DNA of 63,928 nt, the filler included, from Octopus bimaculoides (lineage: Eukaryota): assembly GCF_001194135.2 (NCBI RefSeq). It is 5 parts of 3 records of this genome, joined end to end, with 100 filler letters (N's around TTAATTAATTAA, not from the genome) between each part and the next. Parts side by side here need not be neighbours in the genome. Positions count along the whole stretch, not along the records: positions 1 to 29,140 come from NC_069007.1; 4 more parts are not named here. The stretch is one strand, 5' to 3'. Shown piece by piece: positions 1 to 13,054 of the stretch. A model generated the notes under the pieces. It was given only the letters and a program-made list of their open reading frames with translations, was not told the DNA's origin and made no database searches. Position 1 is the stretch's first letter. Each line of letters opens with the position of its first letter. The position numbers and the translations under genes were made by a program.

Positions 1-217
1 TAGATATACATATATATATATATCTATAGATATACATATATATATATATCTATAGATATACATATATATATATATCTATAGATATACATATATATATATC
101 TATAGATATACATATATATATATCTATAGATATACATATATATATATATATCTATAGATATACATATATATATATATCTATAGATATACATATATATATA
201 TATATCTATAGATATAC

Positions 218-222
<5 letters not shown>
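1..222. repeat. Minisatellite of ~26-30 bp near-palindromic unit TAGATATACA(TA)nTCTA, about 8 copies
   Basis: Unit tagatatacatatatatatatatcta recurs from base 1 with variable (TA)n length and is self-complementary except for the single C. Confidence 0.9.
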
Positions 223-263
<41 letters not shown>

Positions 264-264
<1 letters not shown>

Positions 265-366
265 GCCTTGCTCAAGAATACAAAACATAGCCCTGTCGGT
301 GAATCGAACTCACTATCCCTATAATTGCAAGCCCGATGTTCTAACCACTGAGTCAGGCACCTTCAC
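264..366 (-). mobile_element. tRNA-derived SINE head (5' fragment)
   Basis: Reverse complement resembles the SINE heads at 58003 and 37850-37980 (gtgaagg...ctcagtggttag...gagttcgattc...ttcttgagcaag). Confidence 0.8.
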
Positions 367-1159
367 ACACACATGCATACACACTTATAGACGCACACAC
401 ACACATGTATATATATGCATGAATATATATATATTGATATACACAGCCGTATGTGTTATCTGGTATTCCTACAATTGTATCATTAGGAATGTTTGATTTG
501 GCGTATGCGTAATACAATTAGTTATATTGTGTAATACGCATCTTAACTCCCAATTCAACCGGCAGTCAGGTGCAATATGTGAGGAACAACCTGTTGATTA
601 ATCAGCAGAATATCAACAAGTGAAATTCCTAATCTTAATAGCACATAAAGAATTCGAGGTGGGTATGTCACCTAGCTGTCAATCGACAGAAACTAGTAGA
701 GCACTTTTTTGATTTTAAAGGCAATTTGGAGTAGTGGGATGTATAAGAAATGATTAAACTAACCAACGTCGACCACAAAGGTGAGTAGAGCCAGATGTTA
801 GCCAAATATTGTAGATATTAGGCGATATGCAAGCATTTAACCTTGGCGAAACAAGTTTAAAGTCGATCGGAAGCAATATACAAGAGAAAGTCATTTATTA
901 CGAATTATCAATTTAGAGTCGGTATTAGTTTTTTCTATCATTCATTAATCGTGATGAGAGACAAGCGGGGTAAAGGATAAAGAAAAAGTGGAAGAGAAAT
1001 AAGGAAACAAACATGGTGAACGATGCAGAGGGATGAAAGAATAAATTGATTGGGAAGAAAATGTGTGACAAAAATATAGAACAAATGAAAAAAAAGTTAT
1101 TTCACACTATGACTAGAAGACTTGATCGGCACAAAGCAAAATAAAAATATATAAATAAT

Positions 1160-1290
1160 ACAGTTCTAACCCTAACCCCAAGACACCTGACGAAGGCTGG
1201 AGGGTATATCAGCCGAAACGTTGTGTTAACAACAAACAAGATGAGGACAAATATCCGACAAATGTAAATAATGTAATATAAATAATAATA
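1160..1290 (+). mobile_element. Penelope-like element terminal fragment carrying a hammerhead motif
   Basis: Contains the hammerhead motif at 1182-1227 followed by an A-rich tail. Association with PLEs is inferred from the motif type. Confidence 0.55.
1182..1227 (+). ncRNA. Minimal type I hammerhead ribozyme
   Basis: GACAC-CTGACGA-A-GGCTG[gagggtatat]CAGCC-GAAAC-GTT-GTGTT. Intact catalytic core, 5-bp stem II, stem I GACAC/GTGTT, palindromic ACGT stem III, GUU cleavage triplet at 1220-1222. Confidence 0.85.
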
Positions 1291-1791
1291 GTAATGATAA
1301 AATGAATAATAATAATAATAGTTAGACATGCGCCTTAAATTATCGAAATTATATATATATATATATATATNNNNNNNNNNNNNNNNNNNNNNNNNNNNNN
1401 NNNNNNNNNNNNNNNNNNNNNNNNNNNNNNNNNNNNNNNNNNNNNNNNNNNNNNNNNNNNNNNNNNNNNNNNNNNNNNNNNNNNNNNNNNNNNNNNNNNN
1501 NNNNNNNNNNNNNNNNNNNNNNNNNNNNNNNNNNNNNNNNNNNNNNNNNNNNNNNNNNNNNNNNNNNNNNNNNNNNNNNNNNNNNNNNNNNNNNNNNNNN
1601 NNNNNNNNNNNNNNNNNNNNNNNNNNNNNNNNNNNNNNNNNNNNNNNNNNNNNNNNNNNNNNNNNNNNNNNNNNNNNNNNNNNNNNNNATACTATAATAT
1701 TCCCTCAGCTAAAATACTATATCTGATGGCAAAACTTTAAAATGATAAAGAAACTTTAAAATAATTTAACATCATTTAAAGTTACATTAGA

Positions 1792-2412
1792 AAGTCCTGT
1801 ACTTACCTCTAGGTACACGTAATAACAGCAGACTTCCATAGGTAAAATCCGTTTCTGCCCACCCCACCAAACTTACAAAAGTTCATAAAGACCACTGGTC
1901 AAAAAACTTAGGTTAAAACACACACAAGCACCTATGGCCATTTCAAGGGTTCACCACCGTAGTCCATACACGTCATAGTGCAATCCGGTGATGACCCCCT
2001 CCTCAACGTAACAATTACAAACAAACATCAGAACATGAAAAAAAAAAAAATTTTTTGTCTATGATTGGCTATTCCACGTCACGAATAAAAAAAAAATTGA
2101 AATTGACTGTAGTAACTAATGTAATCATCCAGGTTTCAAATCACCCTAACGCAGATAAATATTAGCAAATGTCTATTGTGTATTAGGGAATCCCTCACTA
2201 TACTTAGGTTGTTAAATAAATTCTCTGAAGTAATCCCCTTCTGCAATCATAGGTTTTCCTCCACTTTCTTGAAGGTATATAGAAATAAAAATAAAAATAG
2301 AAATAGAAATAGGATAATTTTTATGAGCTTTTGTAAGTTTGGTGGGCAGAGACGGATTTTACCTATGGAGGTCTGCTGTTATTACGTGTACCTAGAGGGA
2401 AGTACAGGACTT
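1792..2412. mobile_element. MITE with ~95-bp terminal inverted repeats
   Basis: 1792-~1888 (aagtcctgtacttacctctaggtacacgtaataacagcagac...acttacaaaagttcataaa) is the near-perfect reverse complement of ~2320-2412. Flanks ttagaaa/ttagaat (or aga/aga) are candidate target duplications. Confidence 0.85.
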
Positions 2413-4507
2413 AGAATGGAACATATAATAAGAAATAAGGACGTAAGAGAGTGTTCAGATAGTCTTTTACAGTTGTTTCTAGAATAGCTGAAAAAGAAAA
2501 TAAGCTATCCGTAAAATAGCGGACTATTCCATCCTCAGAACGCAAAAAAAAAAGGTAGAAGCTACGGAGAGGATTTTAGCAGTGATAAGTTCCATGGCTG
2601 AACACAGAGTGAGATAGATCAATAAAGCTACAGATAAACATTACAAATATAGACAGACATGTCCACGAAAATGTTTGTGTGTGTGTGAATTTACATGTGC
2701 ATTTATGTACGTCTATATGTATATATATGGCGTGAGGCGTTATTGTATAGTAATGCCCTTATATAAATATATATATATACATAGGTATACATACGCACAC
2801 GTACATGTATATATATATATATAGAGAGAGAGACTTTCGGGTTCTCGTCTACAGAGGAGAGAAATCGACCTTGATAATTCTAAGAAATATACCCGAGTCG
2901 CAAGAAGAGAGAGGTTAATTCTCCCACTCCATCGAGATGAGAATCTAACGATCCTATGGAATAATAGACACAATATGTCTTAAAAAGTCCTCATTAATTA
3001 AATGAATTCTTTTCATTTATCGCAAATGATAACTATGTTATTTTCTAGTTAATGTTGTTGGTACCCATCTTTCCAACTGATATTTCGTTGAAAAATTACA
3101 AACCAAGTAGATAGACTGTTAAATATCTTATAGTATTTATACGTGTCTTTTTACGGTGAGAATTTCAGATAGTTCCTATACAGATCGATAAGACAAATAA
3201 TGGTAATACAACATTATCGATTTCGTAGACTATAATCATCTCCTACAAATCAGTGTTTTTACACGAATGTGAGAAACCAATATTACAGCAACTAGCATTA
3301 TTGCTTGGCATATGAACTAAATTGAGAACGTCTACGTGATCACTCAAATAATCGTTATTATACTTTTTTCTTCTTTATAGACCAGGCAGAGTGGGGAGGC
3401 GAAAACTCTGGACAATTTTAAATGCCTCCAATTCTATTGGAAGGAAGTGACAATTCAGTCTAAGTATTCATTCTGCAGACTGATTACATATACCAAATAC
3501 TCACAACACGATGGAATGGTTAAAACCATCCAGGATCTGGTAGTTGCGTTAAATGGACCGCGGATTAATGCTACCAAGAATATGAAATCTTAATGGGCGT
3601 TGGCACACAGCCTGTACATCTATCTATCTATCTATCTATCTAACTGTCTGTCTGTCTGCCTTATCTATGTGTACATATGTGTGTGTGTGTGTGTGTGTTT
3701 ATTTTTACCTTTAGCTCTGTTTTTTCCTGTGCATGTGCGTATATAGACGTGTGTGAACCTTTTGTGTGCGCGTGTGCGTGTGTGTGAGTGTGTATGCGGG
3801 TATGTATATATTTTTTGGTGAATCTGTGGGTGAGCATGTGTGTGCTTCAAGTGAGAGTGGATGAGTATATACATACAGGTGAGAGAGACAGATTGAGAGA
3901 GAGAGAGAAAGGGGGAGAGAGAAACTATACATTTCCAAATTCATGGCAAACTACCTAGGTTGCTATTGTGAAACGGATTTTCATTAATCTAAAACTGAAT
4001 GTGAAAATAGGTTACGTAATTTGTCGTTGCCCAGTTATAAACTTGGAATACTGATCGGCAAAGACGGCAGGAAAAACAATGGGTATCATTGATAAATTTC
4101 TGCCAGTATTCTATATTTTTGTTTGACGATGGTAATATCTGCCAATAAAGCGAGGCATAATTGAAAATCAATCAGAGGTCGATAAAGGAAGGATTTTGTG
4201 AGATTGGGAGAATACTGAAGGGATTGAAAAGAGTGAGAGAGAGAGAAAAAAGTGATAAGGTGAGACGGACAAAGTTGGAGTGAAACAAGATTAACGGAGA
4301 CGAACGAGAAAATGAAATAAATATAAAGGGATGAAGTATAGGGAGGGAGACATTAAATATAGGATGAAAATACAAATGTGGTAGAATAGCGCAGTGCAAT
4401 TAAGCTGCCATAAAAACGACTGAAACATAAAGTTTGAAAGTAGGACACAAACACAGTGACACATGCAACCCCATCTACACGCACACATATATATGCATAT
4501 AAATATA

Positions 4508-4546
<39 letters not shown>

Positions 4547-4584
4547 CATATATATATATGTATGTATATCTATATTAACATGTA

Positions 4585-4626
<42 letters not shown>

Positions 4627-4644
4627 CATCTATATTAACATGTA

Positions 4645-4675
<31 letters not shown>

Positions 4676-5113
4676 NNNNNNNNNNNNNNNNNNNNNNNNN
4701 NNNNNNNNNNNNNNNNNNNNNNNNNNNNNNNNNNNNNNNNNNNNNNNNNNNNNNNNNNNNNNNNNNNNNNNNNNNNNNNNNNNNNNNNNNNNNNNNNNNN
4801 NNNNNNNNNNNNNNNNNNNNNNNNNNNNNNNNNNNNNNNNNNNNNNNNNNNNNNNNNNNNNNNNNNNNNNNNNNNNNNNNNNNNNNNNNNNNNNNNNNNN
4901 NNNNNNNNNNNNNNNNNNNNNNNNNNNNNNNNNNNNNNNNNNNNNNNNNNNNNNNNNNNNNNNNNNNNNNNNNNNNNNNNNNNNNNNNNNNNNNNNNNNN
5001 NNNNNNNNNNNNNNNNNNNNNNNNNNNNNNNNNNNNNNNNNNNNNNNNNNNNNNNNNNNNNNNNNNNNNNNNNNNNNNNNNNNNNNNNNNNNNNNNNNNN
5101 NNNNNNNNNNNNN

Positions 5114-5151
<38 letters not shown>

Positions 5152-5732
5152 TGTATATACATACAATTGTACGCGTAGTAAGTGAAGGGCTTATAAATTT
5201 AGTTTAAACAAAAGAATGCAACACAAAATGAGATCGTATATTGCTGAAATTATCGATAATCTTATATATGCAATATCAGTGTAATAAAGAAAAAGTCTTA
5301 TTAATATTTACTTACTGATTCTAAATAGCATGAAAAAAAAAAGACAACGACAAAAAATAAACAATTGCAGATGTCAGAATTTAATGATCGCTTTGATATG
5401 AATAATACATGACAATAGATTTTAAAAAGAGATCGTCATTAAATAGACGACAGGCGCCATTTCGCCGTTATATACACACATATATATAGATATGTGTATA
5501 GATATATCTGGTGGTGGTGGTGATGATGGTGGGCGTTGTTTTCTTTTAATGGTTTGTTTTTATCTTATTGCATATGTTATCAAATTCTTTTTATAGCATT
5601 TAATAAGCGAATGTCGATTTAGGGTTCTTATATATCGTAAACTGATTAAATACACAGGCATAGTTGTATGTAACTATACATGTTTAGCTATGCTAATACA
5701 CGCACAAATACATACAAATATACATGTGTATA

Positions 5733-5768
<36 letters not shown>

Positions 5769-6390
5769 CATTCATAGAAATATATACATGTATATGTTAC
5801 TGTTCCATTTTAGGTAGGGTCAACAAAAATGTACTCCATCCAGTAAGATATAAATATCATTTATTATATAACATTGAAAAACAACTAATAGTTTCATGCT
5901 TTAAGAGGCACTAAATTGCCAGATTTCCATAATATGCCATGTATCTCCAGGCAATCTTTCATACTCAATTCACAACAACAGATGCATATATACACCAGAA
6001 CGCTGGTCTATGAGAAAACATTAAAAAACAGACGGGGGGAAAAAACGCAATAATGATTGATGCGCACACACATATTCACACACACACCCATACACACAAA
6101 AATTGATAAATAATCTAAATATATATATATTAGCGACAGATGCAGTATTAATACGGACGTGTATGTTGTGTTAGATCAAATTATACTGCGGCAGATACCA
6201 TGGGAGAAAACCTTATACCTGGTTTCGATTCAAAATGCACCTTTGTTTATAAAGCCCGCGAGGAGAAAATTCCCCACAATCTCCAGCGCATAGACCATCG
6301 GACTACGTCATTCCGAACTTCCTTGATCTCGACGATGATGGAAGCTCGACACATACATACATATGTGTGTGAATGTATGATTCTGTGTTT

Positions 6391-6580
6391 TTCCACTACC
6401 GGTTGATTACTGATGTTGGTATGCTTACGTACTCATAACTTAGCGGTTCCGCAAAATTGATCACTGGAATAAGTACCAGGCTTAAAATATTAGTACAGTG
6501 GTTGATTAGTTCCACTAAACATTCTTCAAGGCAGTACTCCAGCCTGGCCGCGTTCTAAATAAGTGGAGCAAGTAAAAGGT
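6391..6580 (-). mobile_element. SINE-like repeat (family also at 14345, 25488, 39385, 56270)
   Basis: Shares aacttagcggttc...gaataagtaccaggctt...ccagcatggccgc with the other copies. Confidence 0.75.
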
Positions 6581-6699
6581 AACAGAATAATCACATACAC
6601 CAAAACAATAAAGCAACGTATATCAATAATCGTATACGTAATAAACTCCACACAAAAAACGGACAGAAATTACACCGACATACCGTCTTTTTTTTTTTG

Positions 6700-6857
6700 T
6701 AGAGGGAGCGCTGAAAAGTACCTGGCATAGGGTAAAAGAAAATACTGGGGGATCAGCTAATTGTGAATTAATTCAACATATTCCCCTCTCATATACTTGT
6801 AAACTTTTGCAGCGCTCTCTCAGCTTTTGTAAGCCCTATAAAAGAACTCGGAAGGTT
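6700..6857 (-). mobile_element. Degenerate mariner-derived MITE
   Basis: gaggg..gctgaaaagt.cctggc terminus. The reverse strand encodes a mariner-like C-terminal remnant (...RGEYVE). Confidence 0.55.
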
Positions 6858-7263
6858 AGCAGCATTCGACAACACCACGAATATAGTGTTATGTCTTCAA
6901 CAGACAAAGCCGCATATCACTAAAGCTCAAGAGTGCTGTTCATAATGCAATGGAAAACTTGCATAAAACTTGAATGCACGAGGAAAATATACCAACAATT
7001 TCAACATATTAGATTACAGAATGGTATGTTTTTATTGAATTTAGCCATTCGAAATATTCAATATTATTTGTAGGTTTCCAGTTATATTCCAATTAACACA
7101 TTTATGTATAATGTCATTTCATATGAGTAGTAATGTTAGTAATATTTGACACCGGAAAAAATATTTACCGGCATGTTCTGAGTTCGATGTAACCGACTAA
7201 CAACCTCCCCTAAAATTGCTGGCCTTGTGCTAAAATTTGAAATGAAATTTATTAATATTAGAT

Positions 7264-7470
7264 AAGGCGATGAGCTGGCATAGTCTTTAGCACACTAAAG
7301 TGTTAGCGGTATTTTTTTTCCATCTTTGCGTTCCGATTTCAAAACCTGCCGATTTTACCTTTCATTCTTTCTGAGTCAGGAAAATAAGGACAAGTTGAGA
7401 ACTGAGGTCGATGAAATTGACTAACGCCCGGCTACTGCCCAGAAACTGCTATCTTCGTGCCAAAGTTTTA
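7264..7470 (+). mobile_element. tRNA-headed SINE, diverged
   Basis: aaggcgatgagctggca...ttagcggtatt...tttcattctttc...gtcgat, the reverse complement of the family at 9684, 9930 and 45441. Confidence 0.7.
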
Positions 7471-8279
7471 ATCCGATTTTAGACAAAATCTATTCTCACA
7501 TCGCCAGACTTACACACATCAAGAAAGGAAAAATATCCTATCACTAGTGAGGCTTCAAACCAGAACATTAATGAAGTACAGAGTACTCTTCTCTGTAACG
7601 GCTGCTGACAAATCTTTTCTGTCTCTCTGGGTATTTTACCCGTATTTCTAAAGATGTTTTTACGGCTATTTTCTCCTGCGTTCGAAGTTACTTTCATTTC
7701 TAAAAACCAAAAACTATTAATGAGTTTAGTTTCTACGGATTGTTCTTTATTCCCAACTGAACAACGAAAGATTCGAAGACGCAAATATTACTGATAGTTG
7801 TTCAAATATATTTACTTACACAAGTTACATCGCATTTATCATATAGCATACTAACAATTCAATAAGTAACCATAAAAGGAGAAATACTGCGACAGCTGCC
7901 CGCAAGTAAAACAGATCTGTGGGAGGATAACAAGCTAAGTTGGCCTCTCCAGGATATAAGGTTGTATATAATGTTAATAGTATTACGAGAGAAACTGAAT
8001 ATAGCAAATGTTTCAATGATAAATATGACATATAAAAGATGTTACTATAATGCAATTATATTAATTTCAACACATGCGCCAAGTTCGAATGAACAAAGAA
8101 ATAAAAATAACAACATCATTAATATTTTTAACTGTCTAACACAATATAACATGTGTTAATGTCAGGTGAAATTGTAGTTATTTGCAGAATGTTTAGATGT
8201 TTATATTTTGAATTTTTCTGTCTAGAAGTTAATTTATAAACTTCTGTTGCAGCATACAACAATTTCAATTTTTCAAAGG

Positions 8280-8314
<35 letters not shown>

Positions 8315-8333
8315 GCCTTTCAAAAATTTAAAT

Positions 8334-8377
<44 letters not shown>

Positions 8378-8541
8378 CATATACATACATACATATATAT
8401 TTATATATACATATATATATATACATATACATACATACATATATATTTATATATACATATATATATATATACATATACATACATACATATATATTTATAT
8501 ATACATATATATATATACATATACATACATACATATATATT

Positions 8542-8602
<61 letters not shown>

Positions 8603-8693
8603 ATATATAGATAGATAGATAGATAGATAGATAGCTACTTATATACATACATACAAATATACATACTAATATATACACACATACATACACATG

Positions 8694-8743
<50 letters not shown>

Positions 8744-8806
8744 TGATGTATGGAAGTATATGTGTAGTATGTATTTATGTATGTATGTATGTATATTATA
8801 TGTACG

Positions 8807-8891
<85 letters not shown>

Positions 8892-9683
8892 ATGTATGTA
8901 TGTATGTATGTATGTATTATCTATCGCGATCAGTTGTAGTTCATCGTGTAAAAAGAGCGCTGATATATACGAAAGAGAAACCCGCAGCCACTTGGCTGAA
9001 ACACATAAAAAAAAAAAAAATAATAAATAAATAAATACGAATATATACGATTACAGAATTGTTCAAGCGTAGGGCTTGGTCTTGAAACAAGAAATTATGG
9101 ACGCTGGGGTTATTCTGTACGCAAAGCCTTTTGGCAACATATCGTGAAAATATGTTGCATGGTTTTGTGGACGTAGTTTAAGTAATCCTCGGTCCCACGT
9201 TACGCATTATGACTGATGCACGCGCTTGTGTCTTGCCTTCCGCTTGCTATACGGTGGTTTACATTTACGACGTTGTCTATCGCACCCACGAGCAAAAAAA
9301 TGTAATAACATTTGGAGAAACATTATTATTCTCACTGAAGAGTTCAAACAAAGCGCAATTTGCCAAATTTGCAACGATTAAGATATACGAATAATGAGTC
9401 AGACAATATAAACAGAGTATACGTTTCCTAGAGAATCAAAAGAAATTATTATTATTTAAACACAAACAATATGAGAGATCACTATATGGATCCTTTGTAA
9501 GCTAAAAATAGACGTCGAACCGTCTTACCACTATATCTGTATCCTCAACTTAGTAAGACGCTGTATTTTTACGAGCTAGACAAATGAAAAGAAATAAACA
9601 CAGCACTTAATTCCACGACTCGGACGTTTTTAATTATGCTGACTACTTTTCGCCCGGCGTTCACGATCCCAATACGTAAATGC

Positions 9684-9798
9684 TACTTATTTAATCGAGT
9701 CCGAAAGGATTAAAGGCAATGTCTACCTCAGCGGAATTTGAACTCACAATGTAGCAACGGCGTCCAGCACTCTAACAATTCTGCCAGCTCACCGCCTT
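9684..9798 (-). mobile_element. tRNA-headed SINE fragment
   Basis: gaaaggattaaaggcaatgtctacctcagcggaatttgaactc...ctgccagctcaccgcctt. Confidence 0.75.
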
Positions 9799-9805
9799 AA
9801 TAATA

Positions 9806-9844
<39 letters not shown>

Positions 9845-9929
9845 TCTACTGGAAGCACATGGCTCAAATTTGGGGGAAGCGATGAAGTCCATTCCATCGA
9901 CCCTAGTGTTAATTATTATTATTTATACT

Positions 9930-10140
9930 CTAGTAACACGGGCTTGAAAATTCTGGGGGAACAGGGCCACACAATTACATCAACCCCAGTGCAAAACTGG
10001 TAGTTATTTCAACGTCCCCGAAACAATGAAAGGCAAAGTCTACGTCGGCGGAATTTGAACTCAGAATGTAGCGACGGGCGAAATACTGCTAAACATTTCG
10101 TTCGTCCTGCGCGCTACGAAATCAGTCAGCTCACCGCCTT
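9930..10140 (-). mobile_element. tRNA-headed SINE
   Basis: atgaaaggcaaagtctacgtcggcggaatttgaactcagaatgtagcgacgggcgaaatactgctaa...cagctcaccgcctt. Confidence 0.8.
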
Positions 10141-10934
10141 AAAAATAATAATGATGATGATGATGATGATAATGATAAGTAGTAGTAGTAGTAGTAGTAT
10201 TGTAGTGAGGCCGAATACAAACACAGATTCCAGATGACTTTCTTATTGTTAGAACAATAAGTCTATTCTGTTGATTTATCTTATCACAAGATTTCAGATT
10301 TATTAAAGAAGTGAAAATATAAAAGGAAAATAAAACCATTATCCTAAACAGAATACACCATATGTAAATGTCAGAAAAGCGTTTCAGATGCTTTAAAATA
10401 AATAGGTTTTGTTCTTTTTTACGACAAAACACCATGCATTCTGAAACAATTCTTGAAAGTGTTGATACTTGTAAGCGTCTTCAGAATCCCCTCCTCTCTT
10501 TCTATCTCTATATCTACATAAGAATATATATANNNNNNNNNNNNNNNNNNNNNNNNNNNNNNNNNNNNNNNNNNNNNNNNNNNNNNNNNNNNNNNNNNNN
10601 NNNNNNNNNNNNNNNNNNNNNNNNNNNNNNNNNNNNNNNNNNNNNNNNNNNNNNNNNNNNNNNNNNNNNNNNNNNNNNNNNNNNNNNNNNNNNNNNNNNN
10701 NNNNNNNNNNNNNNNNNNNNNNNNNNNNNNNNNNNNNNNNNNNNNNNNNNNNNNNNNNNNNNNNNNNNNNNNNNNNNNNNNNNNNNNNNNNNNNNNNNNN
10801 NNNNNNNNNNNNNNNNNNNNNNNNNNNNNNNNNNNNNNNNNNNNNNNNNNNNNNNNNNNNNNNNNNNNNNNNNNNNNNNNNNNNNNNNNNNNNNNNNNNN
10901 NNATTCTTTCACCACAACTTTCTCTCACGCTTAC

Positions 10935-11139
10935 TTCCTGTTTCTGTTGTGTCTGTAATTCAAAGGGTCAGCCTTGTCACACTGTGTCACGCTGAATATC
11001 CCCGAGAACTACGTTAAGAGAACACGTGTCTGTGGAGTGCTCAGCCACTTGCACGTTAATTTCACGAGCAGGCTGTTCCATTGATCGGATCAACTGGAAC
11101 CCTCGACGTCGTAAGCGACGGAGTGCCAACAACAACAAC
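10935..11139 (+). mobile_element. SINE 3' half with (CAA)n tail
   Basis: Aligns by eye to 58140-58318 (gccttgtcac...gagaactacgtta...ttaatttcacgagcaggctgttcc...gacggagtgc). Confidence 0.85.
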
Positions 11140-11158
11140 ATAAATATGTAAATACATC

Positions 11159-11193
<35 letters not shown>

Positions 11194-11309
11194 GTGTGTA
11201 TGTGTGTGTGTGTGTGGGTATGTATGCTTTTATGTATATATATATGTATACAACCTCCATCGACATATGTATGTATATATAGATAGACACATATATACAT
11301 ATATTTTTT

Positions 11310-11465
11310 ATTTTTATATATAACGTTGACCACTAAAGTGGACATTTAATGTGCTAAAAATAGACCACATGTGTCTACTAAGACTTAAATTAGGTCTTAG
11401 ACACATGTGGTCTATTTCTAGCACATTAAATGTCAACTTTAGTGGTCATCGTTATATATAAAAAT
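11310..11465. mobile_element. Palindromic (foldback) MITE-like element
   Basis: ~70-bp arms (atttttatatataacgttgaccactaaagtggacatttaatgtgctaaaaatagaccacatgtgtct and its reverse complement), about 3 mismatches, short central loop. Confidence 0.8.
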
Positions 11466-11636
11466 ATACTTTAATCCCCTAAGATCTCAGATATTTTTTT
11501 CTGAATCTCTCTGATTCTTTAAATGTGCTAGCTTCCTGGTAATAAATCGATATTAATTAATATATGATTTTTTACCCTATGTTTTAATTTAATTATATAC
11601 ACACATACATACGTACGTACGTATCTACGTAATACA

Positions 11637-11671
<35 letters not shown>

Positions 11672-13023
11672 TGACATTCATATATTTTTTATAGCTTCTG
11701 TATATAATCTATTTCAACGGCAGAAAGTTCTTATCGAATGAATCCATAACTTTTAAAACAGTGAGCTGTGAGATGTGAAACCGCATACGTGATGGCTATC
11801 GCGAACTGATTAAAATTCAAGGTGGATAAGATTAATAAGCTATAGCCGATAACTGAATAGGAGATTTACTGTCACCTGCTGTGTGTGTGGGGACGGATTT
11901 CAATCTATGTAATTGAAGAACAGGTTTAAGATTTATCACGATTTTAACTAGTCAATTATGAATGGCGTTAAAAACAATTATTTCCCCATATAACGGGTAT
12001 ATATGTACGGCACGCGTTTATTTCCTATTTCAGTCGCGCAGGTAGAACGGTAATTACTTGTCTCCAAGTGGAAATCTTGTTGATCTGGCGCGAGAAGACG
12101 AAATAAGGACATTCGGTTCTGTGAGTTAATAATCACTGTTCTATCTATGTGGATCTATACAGTGGCAAATAAAAGAATAGAGCATACGTTATAGGAAAGA
12201 AGTTATGAGGTGTTTTCGGTGCATTTGTGTCTCAAGCTACTGCTATCTAGCAGTTTCGGATGATCTCTACTCAACCGCTAAACAACTGCTACTCAACACT
12301 CCTACCACGGCCAGACTACTTCTATTTATATGTCTTGGGAGAACCTACTTCTTCACCTGAGGGCATCAACACGACACGTACATACATATATACATATTCC
12401 ATATACGTCTCCATCAACTTCCATCCATCATACTAACTTCAACATTTCACCCTCTGACCGAATTGTTTCGGCTGAGTCATCTGAGACTACAAACTTCAAG
12501 GCGTTTGTTTCCCCAGCATCTCATAACTTAAAAAGAAAGAAGAAATATATATTTATATATGCGTCTGTGTGTGTGTTTGTGCGTGCATAGGTGTACGTGT
12601 GTACATGTGTGTGTACATACATACATATATATTTGTTTATGAATTCATACGTATGTTTTTATGTATAATATTGCTTGGTAGAAAACATATCTACGGCATT
12701 ATTTCTAAGTTTCTAAATAATTTGTTTCCTATTTCTCAACCAAAGAACACGGCTTATGTCTATAATCAGTAATATTTTTAGTGAATAATATCCTGCTCTG
12801 TCGATAACATTGGCATCAGTGAAATGTTCTCTATTTTTCTGGAAGCAAAGAAAATTTCAATAAATTAAGAATTTATTTCCGACGCTATTAAATAAACCCA
12901 TAGACGTACTCGTTGTTCAAGTACATGCCGGCGGCCATTTGTATTATTCAGACGTATTTCCCTTCAATCATATTCGTTTTATTTATATGTATAGGATTAT
13001 GTATTTTGGTGTGTAATTCTGTA

Positions 13024-13054
<31 letters not shown>

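Noticed and set aside
1166-1179. Telomere-like CTAACCCTAACCCC next to the hammerhead
   Set aside because: It is only about two units, too short to support a telomere-associated PLE claim.
4463-5185. Long YI/IY/HT/CV-repeat and X-rich ORFs here and throughout the ORF track
   Set aside because: They are translations of (TA)n, (CA)n and (TACA)n microsatellites and N gaps.
12452-12486. Minus-strand TCT-CAGATGA-CTCAGCC-GAAAC-aattcg-GTC-AGA hammerhead-like string
   Set aside because: It has a U4A change and no stem II pairing, so it cannot be distinguished from chance.
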